Below are positions 42,838 to 53,896 of a stretch of 64,000 bases of DNA, one piece after another. Under the pieces are notes generated by a model that was not told the origin of the DNA, did no database searches, and worked only from the letters and a program-made list of their open reading frames with translations. Each line of letters opens with the position of its first letter. Within the stretch, counting starts at the first letter, position 1. Origin of the DNA: Syntrophorhabdaceae bacterium (GTDB lineage: Bacteria > Desulfobacterota > Syntrophorhabdia > Syntrophorhabdales > Syntrophorhabdaceae); NCBI GenBank assembly GCA_963665295.1, contig OY762209.1, forward strand, positions 2,400,001 to 2,464,000, given 5' to 3'. Position numbers and translations under genes: made by a program.

Positions 42838-43290
42838 ATGGAGTCTCACATAGCCGTTTTCAAAAGCAAGGAAATAGAAAGGACGATTCATAGGAACGAG
42901 TGGTGGATTGCTGTCCGGGAAGAGCTTACCGATGAGTGGAAGAAACGAGATGTGCGCCTGGAACAGGAGTACACAATTCTCACGGCGGAGATTGCAGGAG
43001 CGGCTTTAGGGGTTACTCCCGATGAGCATAGGGAGTTGAAGGGCCGGAAACGTCGGAACCTACGTGACCACGTGACCGATCTCGAACTGATCTTCTCCAT
43101 ATTAGGAGAACCAGCCACGACCAAGATAACAGGGATTGAAGATGCAAAGGGACTCTAAGGAAACGAACAGGCTGCTCGTAAAGGTGGAGAACCGGCAGGT
43201 GCGGCAAGAAGAGACCTCGAAGAAGAGACGGGCAAACCTGGTGTGGCGCCTGAGAATTACCTTCAGGGCCACAAGGATCGAAGAAGATAA
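42838..43290 (+). pseudogene. Degraded Bro-N/antirepressor-like gene
   Basis: IAVFKSKEI..NEWW joined directly to IAVREELTDEW..NLRDH.TDLELIF; in-frame TAA at 43156-43158 followed by AARKGG..AG.ARRDLE..TGK..ENYL. Confidence 0.65.
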
Positions 43291-43305
43291 AAGGGAAGTG
43301 ATGCC

Positions 43306-44518
<1,213 letters not shown>

Positions 44519-44580
44519 AATTTGTTGGTAGAAGTTTGCTCTTTGACAATTGACCTTTATTTCCAGCGGTTGCAAGAAAT
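44519..44580 (+). promoter_or_regulatory. CRISPR leader
   Basis: AT-rich segment between cas2 and the first repeat with GTTGGTAGA motif typical of I-E leaders. Confidence 0.65.
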
Positions 44581-46075
44581 ATGTTCCCCGCATACGCGGG
44601 GATGAACCGTACAGGTCACTTTCCAATAAGGGACCGCAGGGATGTTCCCCGCATACGCGGGGATGAACCGCCACCCGGCCCACCCGGCCACAGGGACCGA
44701 GGATGTTCCCCGCATACGCGGGGATGAACCGGTTGAGCACCAGGCCACATTATATAAGCTGACATGTTCCCCGCATACGCGGGGATGAACCGACAATCCG
44801 GGCGATTTACGCGCGCGTGGGCGGATGTTCCCCGCATACGCGGGGATGAACCGGTAGAAATCGGCATAGGGGCAGGGGTGACGACATGTTCCCCGCATAC
44901 GCGGGGATGAACCGGCTCCTGCCATTCGGGGCAAAAGCAATTCCGGATGTTCCCCGCATACGCGGGGATGAACCGTTTCATTTGAATTTGAGATAGATCA
45001 GGTCCCGATGTTCCCCGCATACGCGGGGATGAACCGGCATTCGGCTCCATGTCGGACGCCCTTTCTGAATGTTCCCCGCACACGCGGGGATGAACCGCCA
45101 AGGAAAACGGTCTTGTGGTGGTCTTTGGAATGTTCCCCGCACACGCGGGGATGAACCGGCAGCGTGCTGGGCCTGCATTTTGTTGAAGGAATGTTCCCCG
45201 CACACAAGGGGATGAACCGATGTGCTACAAGTAAGGGCATGGGGAAAGAGAATGTTCCCCGCACACGCGGGGATGAACCGTGAGCATACCCATTTATCAG
45301 GCACTCAATGAGATGTTCCCCGCACACGCGGGGATGAACCGGCGAGGGCGTAGGGCCATACTTTACGGGCAACATGTTCCCCGCACACGCGGGGATGAAC
45401 CGGGCCGGGAAATATTTATCAGCCTGCGGGACGTATGTTCCCCGCACACGCGGGGATGAACCGCCTCGACACCGCCTTTGACGGCACCAGTTCCACATGT
45501 TCCCCGCACACGCGGGGATGAACCGCCATCTTCGGGGTGGTCTTCTTCTCATGGCTCATGTTCCCCGCACACGCGGGGATGAACCGGCCATGGAAGGCGT
45601 GGGCTACGAACCGGGCATCATGTTCCCCGCACACGCGGGGATGAACCGATACTGGGGATTGTATGACGATGGACGTTCAGATGTTCCCTGCACACGCGGG
45701 GATGAACCGGTGTGGGCCGCGAAAATGGCGTGGGAATGCCGATGTTCCCCGCACACGCGGGGATGAACCGTTAAACACGGCGTACCCTATCTACGTTACA
45801 GAATGTTCCCCGCACACGCGGGGATGAACCGCGGCAGTAGTTGTAGGCGACCTGTGCTTTGTAATGTTCCCCGCACGCGCGGGGATGAACCGGACCCGTC
45901 AATTCCCAATGCTTACTACGTTCAATGTTCCCCGCACACGCGGGGATGAACCGTCACCAGGAATAAAACGGGTCGGGGCGGTTTCACGTTCCCCGCACAC
46001 GCGGGGATGAACCGATGTACGCCGGTCTCGACAGCGAGATCATCAAATGTTCCCCACACACGCGGGGATGAACCG
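44581..46075 (+). CRISPR. Type I-E CRISPR array, 25 repeats and 24 spacers
   Basis: 29-nt repeat ATGTTCCCCGCA(T/C)ACGCGGGGATGAACCG with 32-33 nt spacers, 61-62 nt period. Confidence 0.99.
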
Positions 46076-46327
46076 AGGTCCGCTCTGTTGAGGAGGGAAA
46101 GGGCATCCCTGATGCTGTTGCTGGATATGACGCGGTGTGGTGGGACACCGAAGACCCGCCCTCGTGTATGTGTCGGCAGGGCCGGAACGGACATCGAGAT
46201 TGTCGTTAGGGTAAGCTATAAAGTGAAAGGGCAGCAGGACCCTGTCAAGCTCTATACGACCGCGGGAAAGGTCCAGCGACAAGCCCTCGCAACTAAAAGA
46301 TATTAGCTTATAGGGGGAAAATCGTGA
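46075..46327 (+). pseudogene. 3' remnant of a MuF-type phage head protein with BECR-like C-terminal domain
   Basis: Joining three frames gives IPDAVAGYDAVWWDTEDP/ALVYV/..EIVVRVSYKVKG..YTTAGKV..RY*LIGGKS*; two frameshifts and one TAG; similarity recognised by eye. Confidence 0.55.
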
Positions 46328-46433
46328 TGGGGCTGGAGGGGCGCCACATCCCTCATAGGGCGGTTGGCTCTGACTTTGTCAAGGCCTCGTGTCCAACTGG
46401 CCACGGCGACTTTCCAGTTGTCAGCCTCATCAC
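46324..46433 (-). ncRNA. Candidate cloverleaf (tRNA-like) non-coding RNA
   Basis: 12-bp closing stem (11/12), three internal hairpins, complementary loops, consensus promoter immediately upstream on the minus strand. Confidence 0.6.
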
Positions 46434-46438
46434 TGGAA

Positions 46439-46466
46439 ATTATACCACAGCGAAAGGATGTGTCAA
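46439..46466 (-). promoter_or_regulatory. Consensus sigma70 promoter
   Basis: Minus strand TTGACA-16nt-TATAAT with extended -10 TGn. Confidence 0.75.
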
Positions 46467-46569
46467 ATGACCCTCCGGATAAGGGCTGAGATCAAGGACG
46501 AGGAGCTAAGAGATTTCCTCCGAAACCCGGAGGAAAGGGCCGCGAACCCTGCCCCGGCAATGAAAGAGG
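46467..46569 (+). pseudogene. 5' remnant of a Mu-like virion morphogenesis gene (gpG-like)
   Basis: MTLRIRAEIKDEELRDFLRNPEERAANPAPAMKE, cut off by the repeat at 46570; follows the MuF-like remnant as in Mu-like phages. Confidence 0.55.
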
Positions 46570-46598
46570 ATGTTCCACGAGCACGCGGGAATGAACCG
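46570..46598 (+). CRISPR. Degenerate terminal CRISPR repeat
   Basis: ATGTTCCACGAGCACGCGGGAATGAACCG, 25/29 identical to the CACAC repeat. Confidence 0.85.
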
Positions 46599-46626
46599 CG
46601 ACTGGGCAACCGAGAAGTTGTAATCC

Positions 46627-47061
46627 TTGACCGCGCAACTCCTCCCCGTTGCCTTTTCCGAAAACTGTTCCATATTTCCGGGTCGGTGTCCCCTTATCCT
46701 TTTCGGAATGCCGGGCTGCGAAAAGGATCACAGAAGAGACACAAAGCAGGGCATCCCGGAGGTGACGCTCCTGACTGTAGACTATTTCATCTGGGACGAA
46801 TTACAGGTGGAGGACAACCTCAGGGAGATCTTCGCGAAAGGGAAAGAGGAAAAGAAGGCAGTGCCTCCCATAGAGGCCGTAGACAAGGAGACGTCGGATT
46901 TCATCCACAATGAAGTCAGGGACAAACCGGCGGATATCGGTACACGGCTCGGGTTCGCCGGCCGGACGGAGCGCAAGGTAGCCGAGGGCGTCGGCTTCCC
47001 ACCCGTCTGGTTCCAGGGGATGCAGGAGATCAGGGTTCTTTTAACATCGATTATCTGCTAG
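46627..47061 (+). pseudogene. Gene fragment, possibly restriction-endonuclease-like
   Basis: Protein-like stretch LLTVDYFIWDELQVE..FIHNEVRDK.ADIG..LGF...TERKVAEG with no credible start. Confidence 0.35.
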
Positions 47062-47127
47062 ACTTCTATCGAAGGTTTGGTGAATATACTGCCACTGCTA
47101 TTGCAGAATAAACGGGAGGGGCTTTTT

Positions 47128-49122
47128 ATGGATTGGGGGGCTGCGAAGAGGTATTTTTTCCTAAGGGACGGATTCAGAACAGTTGTCCTGGGGGTCTTTG
47201 TCTGTTCGATTCTTATTCTTACCTCCGTCACGGCCTTTTCCGGGTCGGACGGGGGTTTGTCGGCGAGCGGGCCGCGTCGGCTTGTCTTTAGAGCGGACCC
47301 GAACCTGTCGAGTTCGACCGTGGAGCCGCCTGCGGGATTTCTTGAGGAGCGGGCGAGGGGCCTCAGGTTGTCAAGGACCCAGTTTGCGATAACCTATGCC
47401 GCCAAAGGCGCCAAGCACAGCGAGTACGAATGCGGGGAATGGCCCGCGCAGGCCAAGGAAGCCCTTAATTACGCCACGGACATATGGGCATACTATCTCC
47501 GCTCCACGCCGAAGATAAATATCGAGACATGCTGGGTTGTGAGCGGTATGGATGCCGATACTCTCGGAACTGCGGATGAACCCGATTTCCGTCACGATTT
47601 TGCAGGAGCCAAAAAGCAGAAGACCTGGTATACCATTGCCCTTGCGAACAGCCTTCACGGGTCTGATCTCCAGCCCGGCCACACGGACATGTACCTTTCC
47701 TACAACAGCAAATTTGGATGGTACTTCGGCACGGACGGCCAGGTGCCCGACGGCAAATACGACTTCGTGTCCGTGGTCCTCCATGAGATCACCCACGGTC
47801 TCGGCATGTTCGGTACCGCGAGTGTCGACGGGAAGACGTTGAATGGAAGCTGGGGGAAAAAGGACGGCACAAACAATTATCCCGATGCATGGGACGGCTT
47901 TATCGAAAACGGGAACAAGCAAAGTCTCGTCGATACTCAGGTATTTGCCAACCCTTCCGAGGCGCTTGCGAAAGAGCTTACGGGACAAAACCTTTTCTTC
48001 AACGGTCCGGGCGCGACACAGGCGAACGGCGACAAAACCGTCAAGATATATGCGCCTGCAGAGTGGAAAGACGGTTCGAGCTATTCGCACCTCGATGAAC
48101 AGACCTTCAAGGACTCGGAAGATTCCCTCATGATTCCTGCCATCGAACCGAAGAAGTACAAGCACTCCGCGGGTCCGGTGATCCTCGGTATCCTCAGCGA
48201 TATGGGTTGGACGGCTACCGCGTATACCCTTAATGTAGTCATGGCAGGCAACAAGAAAGGGTCCGTCAAGGCGACGGGCCTTACATGCGGGAGCAATTCC
48301 ACGTGCAAAGGAGGCTATCAGAAGGGGGAGACGGTGGACATCACCGCCACCGCTACCTCGGGCTCCGTCTTTTACGGCTGGACCGGGTGCACTTCCGTGA
48401 GCGGTTCCGTCTGCCGTGTGACGATGAACGGGTCTATGACCGTCACCGCCACATTCGATTCCCGGCCTGCGGCCTCGGTAAGTCCCGGGTCCATCAACTT
48501 CGGAGCAACCGACATTGCGGGTCCCTTCACCTCCAGGAAGATCACCGTCACGAATAAGGGCACCGCGACCCTCAACATCACTTCCGTGGCCGTTTCCGGA
48601 GCCTTTGAGGCCCGGAGTAACGGCTGCACCAGCCTCGCGGGGAATGAGACCTGTACGGTGGAGGTCGCCCCCAAGCCGGAGAGTGCAGACTCCTATGGCA
48701 CAAAAACAGGGAAGGTCGTGATGACGTCAAATGACCCCCATTCACCGGATACGGTAAAACTGTCGGTGAACTTTTCACCTCCCAATATCTCGGCGCCTTC
48801 GACAGTAAACTTCGGCACCGAACCCATCGGCGATTCCGATACGAAGACGATTACCGTAAAGAATACGGGTGTATCCACCCTTACACTCACCAACATAAGC
48901 CTCAGGAATTCGAGTTCGGCCCTTACGCTGCATTCCAGCGGGTGCGCGGACCTTACGAAGAACGCGCACTGCAACATGTCGGTTGAATTCACCCCCGAAG
49001 ATACGACCCAGGTGACCGACTATATCGACATCACCTCGAATGATCCGGACTACAGCGGAAAAGTGAAGACTATTACCGTCACCGGCAGGGGAGTGGAGGC
49101 AAAGAGAAAGACAGGGAAGTGA
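47128..49122 (+). CDS. Secreted zinc metalloprotease-like protein with divergent InlB-B repeat and two ASH/choice-of-anchor D Ig domains
   Basis: Signal peptide, LHEITHGLG, SSYSHLDE, GSVFYGWTGC, two ITVxNxG..L.I Ig repeats. Confidence 0.78.
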   Translation: MDWGAAKRYFFLRDGFRTVVLGVFVCSILILTSVTAFSGSDGGLSASGPRRLVFRADPNLSSSTVEPPAGFLEERARGLRLSRTQFAITYAAKGAKHSEYECGEWPAQAKEALNYATDIWAYYLRSTPKINIETCWVVSGMDADTLGTADEPDFRHDFAGAKKQKTWYTIALANSLHGSDLQPGHTDMYLSYNSKFGWYFGTDGQVPDGKYDFVSVVLHEITHGLGMFGTASVDGKTLNGSWGKKDGTNNYPDAWDGFIENGNKQSLVDTQVFANPSEALAKELTGQNLFFNGPGATQANGDKTVKIYAPAEWKDGSSYSHLDEQTFKDSEDSLMIPAIEPKKYKHSAGPVILGILSDMGWTATAYTLNVVMAGNKKGSVKATGLTCGSNSTCKGGYQKGETVDITATATSGSVFYGWTGCTSVSGSVCRVTMNGSMTVTATFDSRPAASVSPGSINFGATDIAGPFTSRKITVTNKGTATLNITSVAVSGAFEARSNGCTSLAGNETCTVEVAPKPESADSYGTKTGKVVMTSNDPHSPDTVKLSVNFSPPNISAPSTVNFGTEPIGDSDTKTITVKNTGVSTLTLTNISLRNSSSALTLHSSGCADLTKNAHCNMSVEFTPEDTTQVTDYIDITSNDPDYSGKVKTITVTGRGVEAKRKTGK

Positions 49123-49214
49123 AGGTGACTGAATGCAGCAAGGAGGAAGGCCTCCCTTGAACCGACGTGAGCCGGTCTCACGAGAGGCCTTCCCTGAACA
49201 GAAAAAAACTGTCC

Positions 49215-50321
49215 TTATTTTTTGAAGACCAGCATCGTTGAAGTCTGGTTGATGTGCCCGAGGTAGGCTTCACCATAGGTGCTGAACCCTATTGTCGGTA
49301 TGTTGTCGAAGATCGCCCCATACGCTTTGCACCGGTCTTTCTGCGTAAGCTCAAGAGTTCTGAGGATGCAGTGGAAATTGATGATGCCTTCCACGTCTCC
49401 GAGGGCCTTCAACTTCTCTTCAACGGCCTGTTTTGTGTCATTCACAATATCGGTGGATTCCAGGACCTTCAGTTCCATTCCTTCCTTGATGTTGCAGTAG
49501 AAGACCATGCCGGATCCCTGCGTTTGCTGGGGGCTTCGCACATATGGTTCATCGCCGACCATAAGCCCCACAGGATTAGTCATGAAATAGTCCGCCGCCT
49601 CACCGGGTTTCGCGCCGAGGGCCAATTCGTAAGCTTCTGTCGCGGGCACGTTATTGAAGGATATTACCTTCCTGCTCGCCTCATCTACTTCTGTTGCAGT
49701 GAGTGTTTTATCGAGGACGCGAAAACTCTGCGTCTTGATCACGTCGAAGCCGTTGGGGACTTGAAGCAGGGCTACGACCGCCGCGTTTGAATAGGCTTTT
49801 CCGTCAGCAAAGACATGCGTTTTTTTAAACGCGAGGTCATCGCCTGCCGAACCGCCGATGAAAGTCACATCCGTGAGGTCTCCTATTTTATCCATAAGTT
49901 TTTCCTCGGCAGCCGTAAGCCCGTCCGCGAGGATGATGCCCACAAATCTTTCGATATCCAGGGAAGCCATGGGTGTCTTGTGGTGCTCTTCAAACTTTTG
50001 AAACGCAAGGGGGATACGGTTTTCCGTGATGATGTTTTCGACGACCTCGATTGCCGCGTCCGCGACTGTTTCGTTATCGAGGGCCATGGCCACAACCGAG
50101 TTCTTCAGCATCTGCCCCGATATAATCTCTCCGGCCGTGGAGCATCCGAAAACGGAGGCGCCTTGAAAAACAGCGTGCATGTCGCTGCTCAGCCTGTCGG
50201 GATCGTGCATTGAAGAGGCGAAGTAAAGGACCATGGTTGCCTCGAAATTGCCCAGTTGTCCTCTCAGGTCTTTTGCGACATGGTCGATACCTTTCGTGGA
50301 ATGAACTGTTTTGATTGACAT
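49215..50321 (-). CDS. FIST N/C-domain protein
   Basis: GCSTAGEI, IGGSAGD, GFSTYGE..HINQT. Confidence 0.88.
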   Translation of the reverse strand: MSIKTVHSTKGIDHVAKDLRGQLGNFEATMVLYFASSMHDPDRLSSDMHAVFQGASVFGCSTAGEIISGQMLKNSVVAMALDNETVADAAIEVVENIITENRIPLAFQKFEEHHKTPMASLDIERFVGIILADGLTAAEEKLMDKIGDLTDVTFIGGSAGDDLAFKKTHVFADGKAYSNAAVVALLQVPNGFDVIKTQSFRVLDKTLTATEVDEASRKVISFNNVPATEAYELALGAKPGEAADYFMTNPVGLMVGDEPYVRSPQQTQGSGMVFYCNIKEGMELKVLESTDIVNDTKQAVEEKLKALGDVEGIINFHCILRTLELTQKDRCKAYGAIFDNIPTIGFSTYGEAYLGHINQTSTMLVFKK

Positions 50322-50333
50322 AGGTCTACCTCC

Positions 50334-50534
50334 TTAGGTTCTCACGCCGAGTTCGACGGCGATTTGTTTTACTTTTGCGACCACAGCGGGGTCGTCCTGC
50401 GACGCCGACGTATAACTATCGACATTAATCCCCTTGAGGATGATCTTTGTCTTTGTCGTTGCTATGATTGCCGAATTACCTTTGGAACGTTCATCGATGA
50501 TCTTGTCCAAGAGCCTTTTGATTTCACCTGCCAT
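50334..50534 (-). CDS. Small hypothetical protein co-transcribed with the FIST gene
   Basis: GGGAGG RBS; 66 aa; 12 nt upstream of the FIST start. Confidence 0.75.
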   Translation of the reverse strand: MAGEIKRLLDKIIDERSKGNSAIIATTKTKIILKGINVDSYTSASQDDPAVVAKVKQIAVELGVRT

Positions 50535-50905
50535 GCAATACCTCCCTTGTCCTGGATTGATTGGGTTTGTAGAGACTATGAAAAATGGACGAATTCAAAT
50601 TCCTGCTAGTCTTTCGGCACGATCCTGAAAAACTTAACCGGCCATTTGATCAAGGGTGCGAAGGTTTCCTTTTCGGCGAGGAGTTCGCAATTTGTCCGGA
50701 AGTTCCCACAAACGAGGGCGATAGTCGGCCGATCCTGGGCAGCTTTTTGGGTTTTTTTGACTACAACCACAAAAAGACCTTGACATTACTGTGACTTATG
50801 CTAATAATTGACGCAGACGACCGTTTCTACGGTATTCTTCACAACAGGCACGGCATACTTGCCTGATAATTATAGATACATTCCCTATACACCAAGGAGG
50901 TCGAA

Positions 50906-51247
50906 ATGACCAAGGCAGAAATCATCGCAAAGGTGGCAGAAGAGGCTAAAATTACCAAGGCAGTTGCAGGCACGGCGTTCGAGGCAGTCATTACATCAAT
51001 ACGGGAATCGCTCAAGAAGGGTGAGAAGACGACAATCGTAGGATTCGGGACGTTTTCTGTCGCAGAGAGAAAAGCAAGAACCGGAAGGAACCCCCGAACC
51101 GGAAAAGAAGTGAAGATCGCCGCAAAGAAAGCCCCCAAGTTCTCGGCGGGAGCGCCTCTAAAGGCGGCAGTCAATGAAGTTTTGAAACCGGCAAAAAAAG
51201 CAGCCAAGAAGGCTCCCGCAAAACCGGCGGCGAAGGCCAAGAAGTAG
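50906..51247 (+). CDS. hup: HU DNA-binding protein with Lys/Ala-rich tail
   Basis: GFGTF, RKARTGRNPRTG, PKFSAG; PAKKAAKKAPAK tail. Confidence 0.95.
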   Translation: MTKAEIIAKVAEEAKITKAVAGTAFEAVITSIRESLKKGEKTTIVGFGTFSVAERKARTGRNPRTGKEVKIAAKKAPKFSAGAPLKAAVNEVLKPAKKAAKKAPAKPAAKAKK

Positions 51248-51256
51248 ATGACTATG

Positions 51257-51282
51257 GGCGGACCTCCGGGTCCGCCTTCTTT
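51257..51282 (+). terminator. Intrinsic terminator after hup
   Basis: GGCGGACC-TCCG-GGTCCGCC followed by TTCTTT. Confidence 0.75.
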
Positions 51283-51872
51283 AACCTCATGGGAGGCGTG
51301 GAGGGAAGAAGTACCCTCATCGGAATGTCACTCCCGTGGTAATATCCCCCTTTCTATGAGAGCGAACACAGCCCGCCGCCGGTACCGGTTCTCGTCAGGC
51401 TGCCCCCGTTACGACAGGTTTCTGCCCGGAATATAGGATTATGAGTGATAATAAGGAGTTCCGTGGGCCTGTGTTGATTGATGGCCCCGGTGAACGCGTG
51501 GGCAGGTATTTTTCTTCTTGACAAACAGGCGTGGTTGGCAGTAAGTCATGATAGGGGAAGTGTCTCCCACACCACGTTACGTAATGCCCATCCCCGTAAG
51601 AACTCCGTTGTGTTGTGCTGTAACAAACCTTCAGAAAGAAGGGGGCTATGAAGGTGAGAAAGCTCATCCGTCACCATTACTTTCGTTTTTTCTACCATGT
51701 GCGACAGTTCAGGCGGGCAAGAAGCGGGTCAGCCCGGAATCGGATAAAAGATGACATTGATCATTTACTTTATCGGTGCCATGACGTAATACCCTGACAG
51801 AATACCTGGTATATGGCCGGCGCGGGGCTTCACAAATATCGCAGTTCAAACAATTAAGGGAGGGACACCAAT

Positions 51873-53615
51873 ATGAAACGATTTATGATCTAAGGTTTAT
51901 TTGCTCTTTTCTTGCTGCTCGGCAGCATCGGACAGGCTCTGGCCTTCACCACCATCGATACGACGCCTTATTGGAATGGAACCGCGTATATCTCGTCCTT
52001 CGGCTACCCGGATACCGCAACCTATGGACAGGTGATCACCACGCCCACGAACACGGATGTGGTGCTTCGAAGTTTCTCCTTCCACATGAAGCTGCCTGAG
52101 ACCTGCACTTTCAGGGGCTATGTCTACGCCTGGGATGGAACGAAGGCCACGGGGACGGCCTTGTACAGAAGTTCAACCATGGCGACACTCGGTTCCGGTA
52201 CTTTTGAAGAGGTTGACTTCAAAACAGAGGGAATCACGCTGGCTGCGGGTACCCAGTATGTGCTTTTCGCCAGCGTTTCCGAAGAGACCGGTTCAGGCTA
52301 CGGTAACTGGGGGTCTACCGCGGAGACCGCGTATCCCGGCAGCGGGAACAGCTTCGTATACATCAACAACGGCACCGATACGACACAATGGACAACGACC
52401 AACTGGTCGAATATTGGGATGGACCTCGCATTTAAAGCCACTTTTGTGACCCCAACCCGAAAGGTCCTCTACTGGAATGACGGCGCCGTCGGAACGGATT
52501 ACCTGAAGCAGGCTCTTGTCAATGTTGCAAACACCTATTCCACATCTACGACGATTGCCGCGGATTTGGCCGATTTCGAAACCAAAGTTGCTGCAGGCGG
52601 ATGGGATCTTGTTGCCCTTATGATCCAGGTAAACCCTCATTCCACACCGAATTTCAATAGCTATGTCTCCGCGGGTGGAAGGGCCGTTCTTGCAGATTAC
52701 AGCAAGGATGCCGAAAGGGGAGCGCTTTTCGGAGTGACCTATACGGGGAGCGATAATCAGGATGTTGTCAGGATTACCGATGATTTCCTCTCTGACGGCG
52801 TGGTTGAGCTTATGTCTTTAACCAATCCCGGCTATGGTATTTTCAGTATGGGGATGGCCGCGACGAGTGGAGCCGGAAGCGGGCCTGTTCCGAACGGAGA
52901 TGCCGCCATTGTCGTGGGAGCCAACGAAAAAACTATTGTGAACGGTTTTCTCGCAGATACCCCCACGTCCGCTGATGACGGCGTTACTTTCTTCGAAAAC
53001 CAACTTCTGATGATCTTGCCGTTTATCGTAGCCAGTCCGAACGGAGGAGAAAGAGTGCCCGCGGGCGGCGTTTTTTACTTAGCCTGGATACCTGAATCCG
53101 CAGCGAGCTTTAATGTCGATATTTCAACAAATAAGGGTTCTTCATGGAAACCCCTTGTACAACAGTACGGAGGCAGTGTCTTTGAATGGCGGGTACCCCT
53201 TCAGAAGGACAACATGCCGAACGGTAAAATCAGAGTAACCGCTTTTAATGAAAACGGCGTGAAGATCGCTCAGGATGTATCGGACAGTCCGTTCACCATC
53301 GAAGTGGTGAGGCTGATATCGCCCAACGGCGGAGAGACGCTTACATCGAACACCGCGAACACGATCATGTGGACAACGAATAAAACCATGGGCGATGTGG
53401 TAAGCACACAGCTGTTCTACACGTTAAATGGAAAGAAATGGTTTCCCATGACCATTCTCGGCGGTAATCCGGGCACCTATTCCTGGACCACGCCGACTGT
53501 AACGGCCGCCACTGCAACGTGCAAGGTAAAGGTTCTGCTTAAGAGTGCGGCTGCCGCCAAGGGCAAGACTCTCGGCACTGCCATCAGCGAGGCTTCTTTC
53601 ACAATCCAGCCGTAA
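51873..53615 (+). pseudogene. Secreted multi-domain surface protein with a nonsense codon in its signal peptide
   Basis: RBS plus ATG at 51873 reads MKRFMI*GLFALFLLLGSIGQALA in frame with the 567-aa ORF; two SPNGGE Ig-like repeats near the C-terminus. Confidence 0.7.
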
Positions 53616-53896
53616 AAAGCTGACAGAGAGGATTGACGACGGGGTCGGGGGACAAACTCCCGGCCCCGTCGTTTCTTCTGCACGAAAAGCCCCGAGGGTC
53701 GATCTGATACCGCCCATGGCGGGGAATGTAAACTGCAACGAGACCGTGCAGTACGAAAGGGGGCCCATCGCCGTCACGCTCAACCGTTGGCAGCAAAAGC
53801 CGGCAGGGACGTTGCGGGCCCGCAACAAAGTATTCTTCCGGACAATCATTGTCAAGAAGGGGAATGCCCTGATTCCGTCTTGAAAAGAGGAACGGA

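Noticed and set aside
45098..45129. Spacer 9 partly resembles cas3 at 35618-35649 (possible self-targeting)
   Set aside because: Only about 21 of 32 positions match, the first three seed positions mismatch and there is no AAG-like PAM; consistent with chance.
46324..46433. Canonical tRNA or phage attachment site
   Set aside because: Lacks the GTTC T-loop, a 7-nt anticodon loop and CCA; no integrase in the window. Kept only as a tRNA-like candidate ncRNA.
51648..51800. Short ORF with RBS upstream of the surface protein
   Set aside because: Possibly a frameshifted signal-peptide relic, but too short to support a call.
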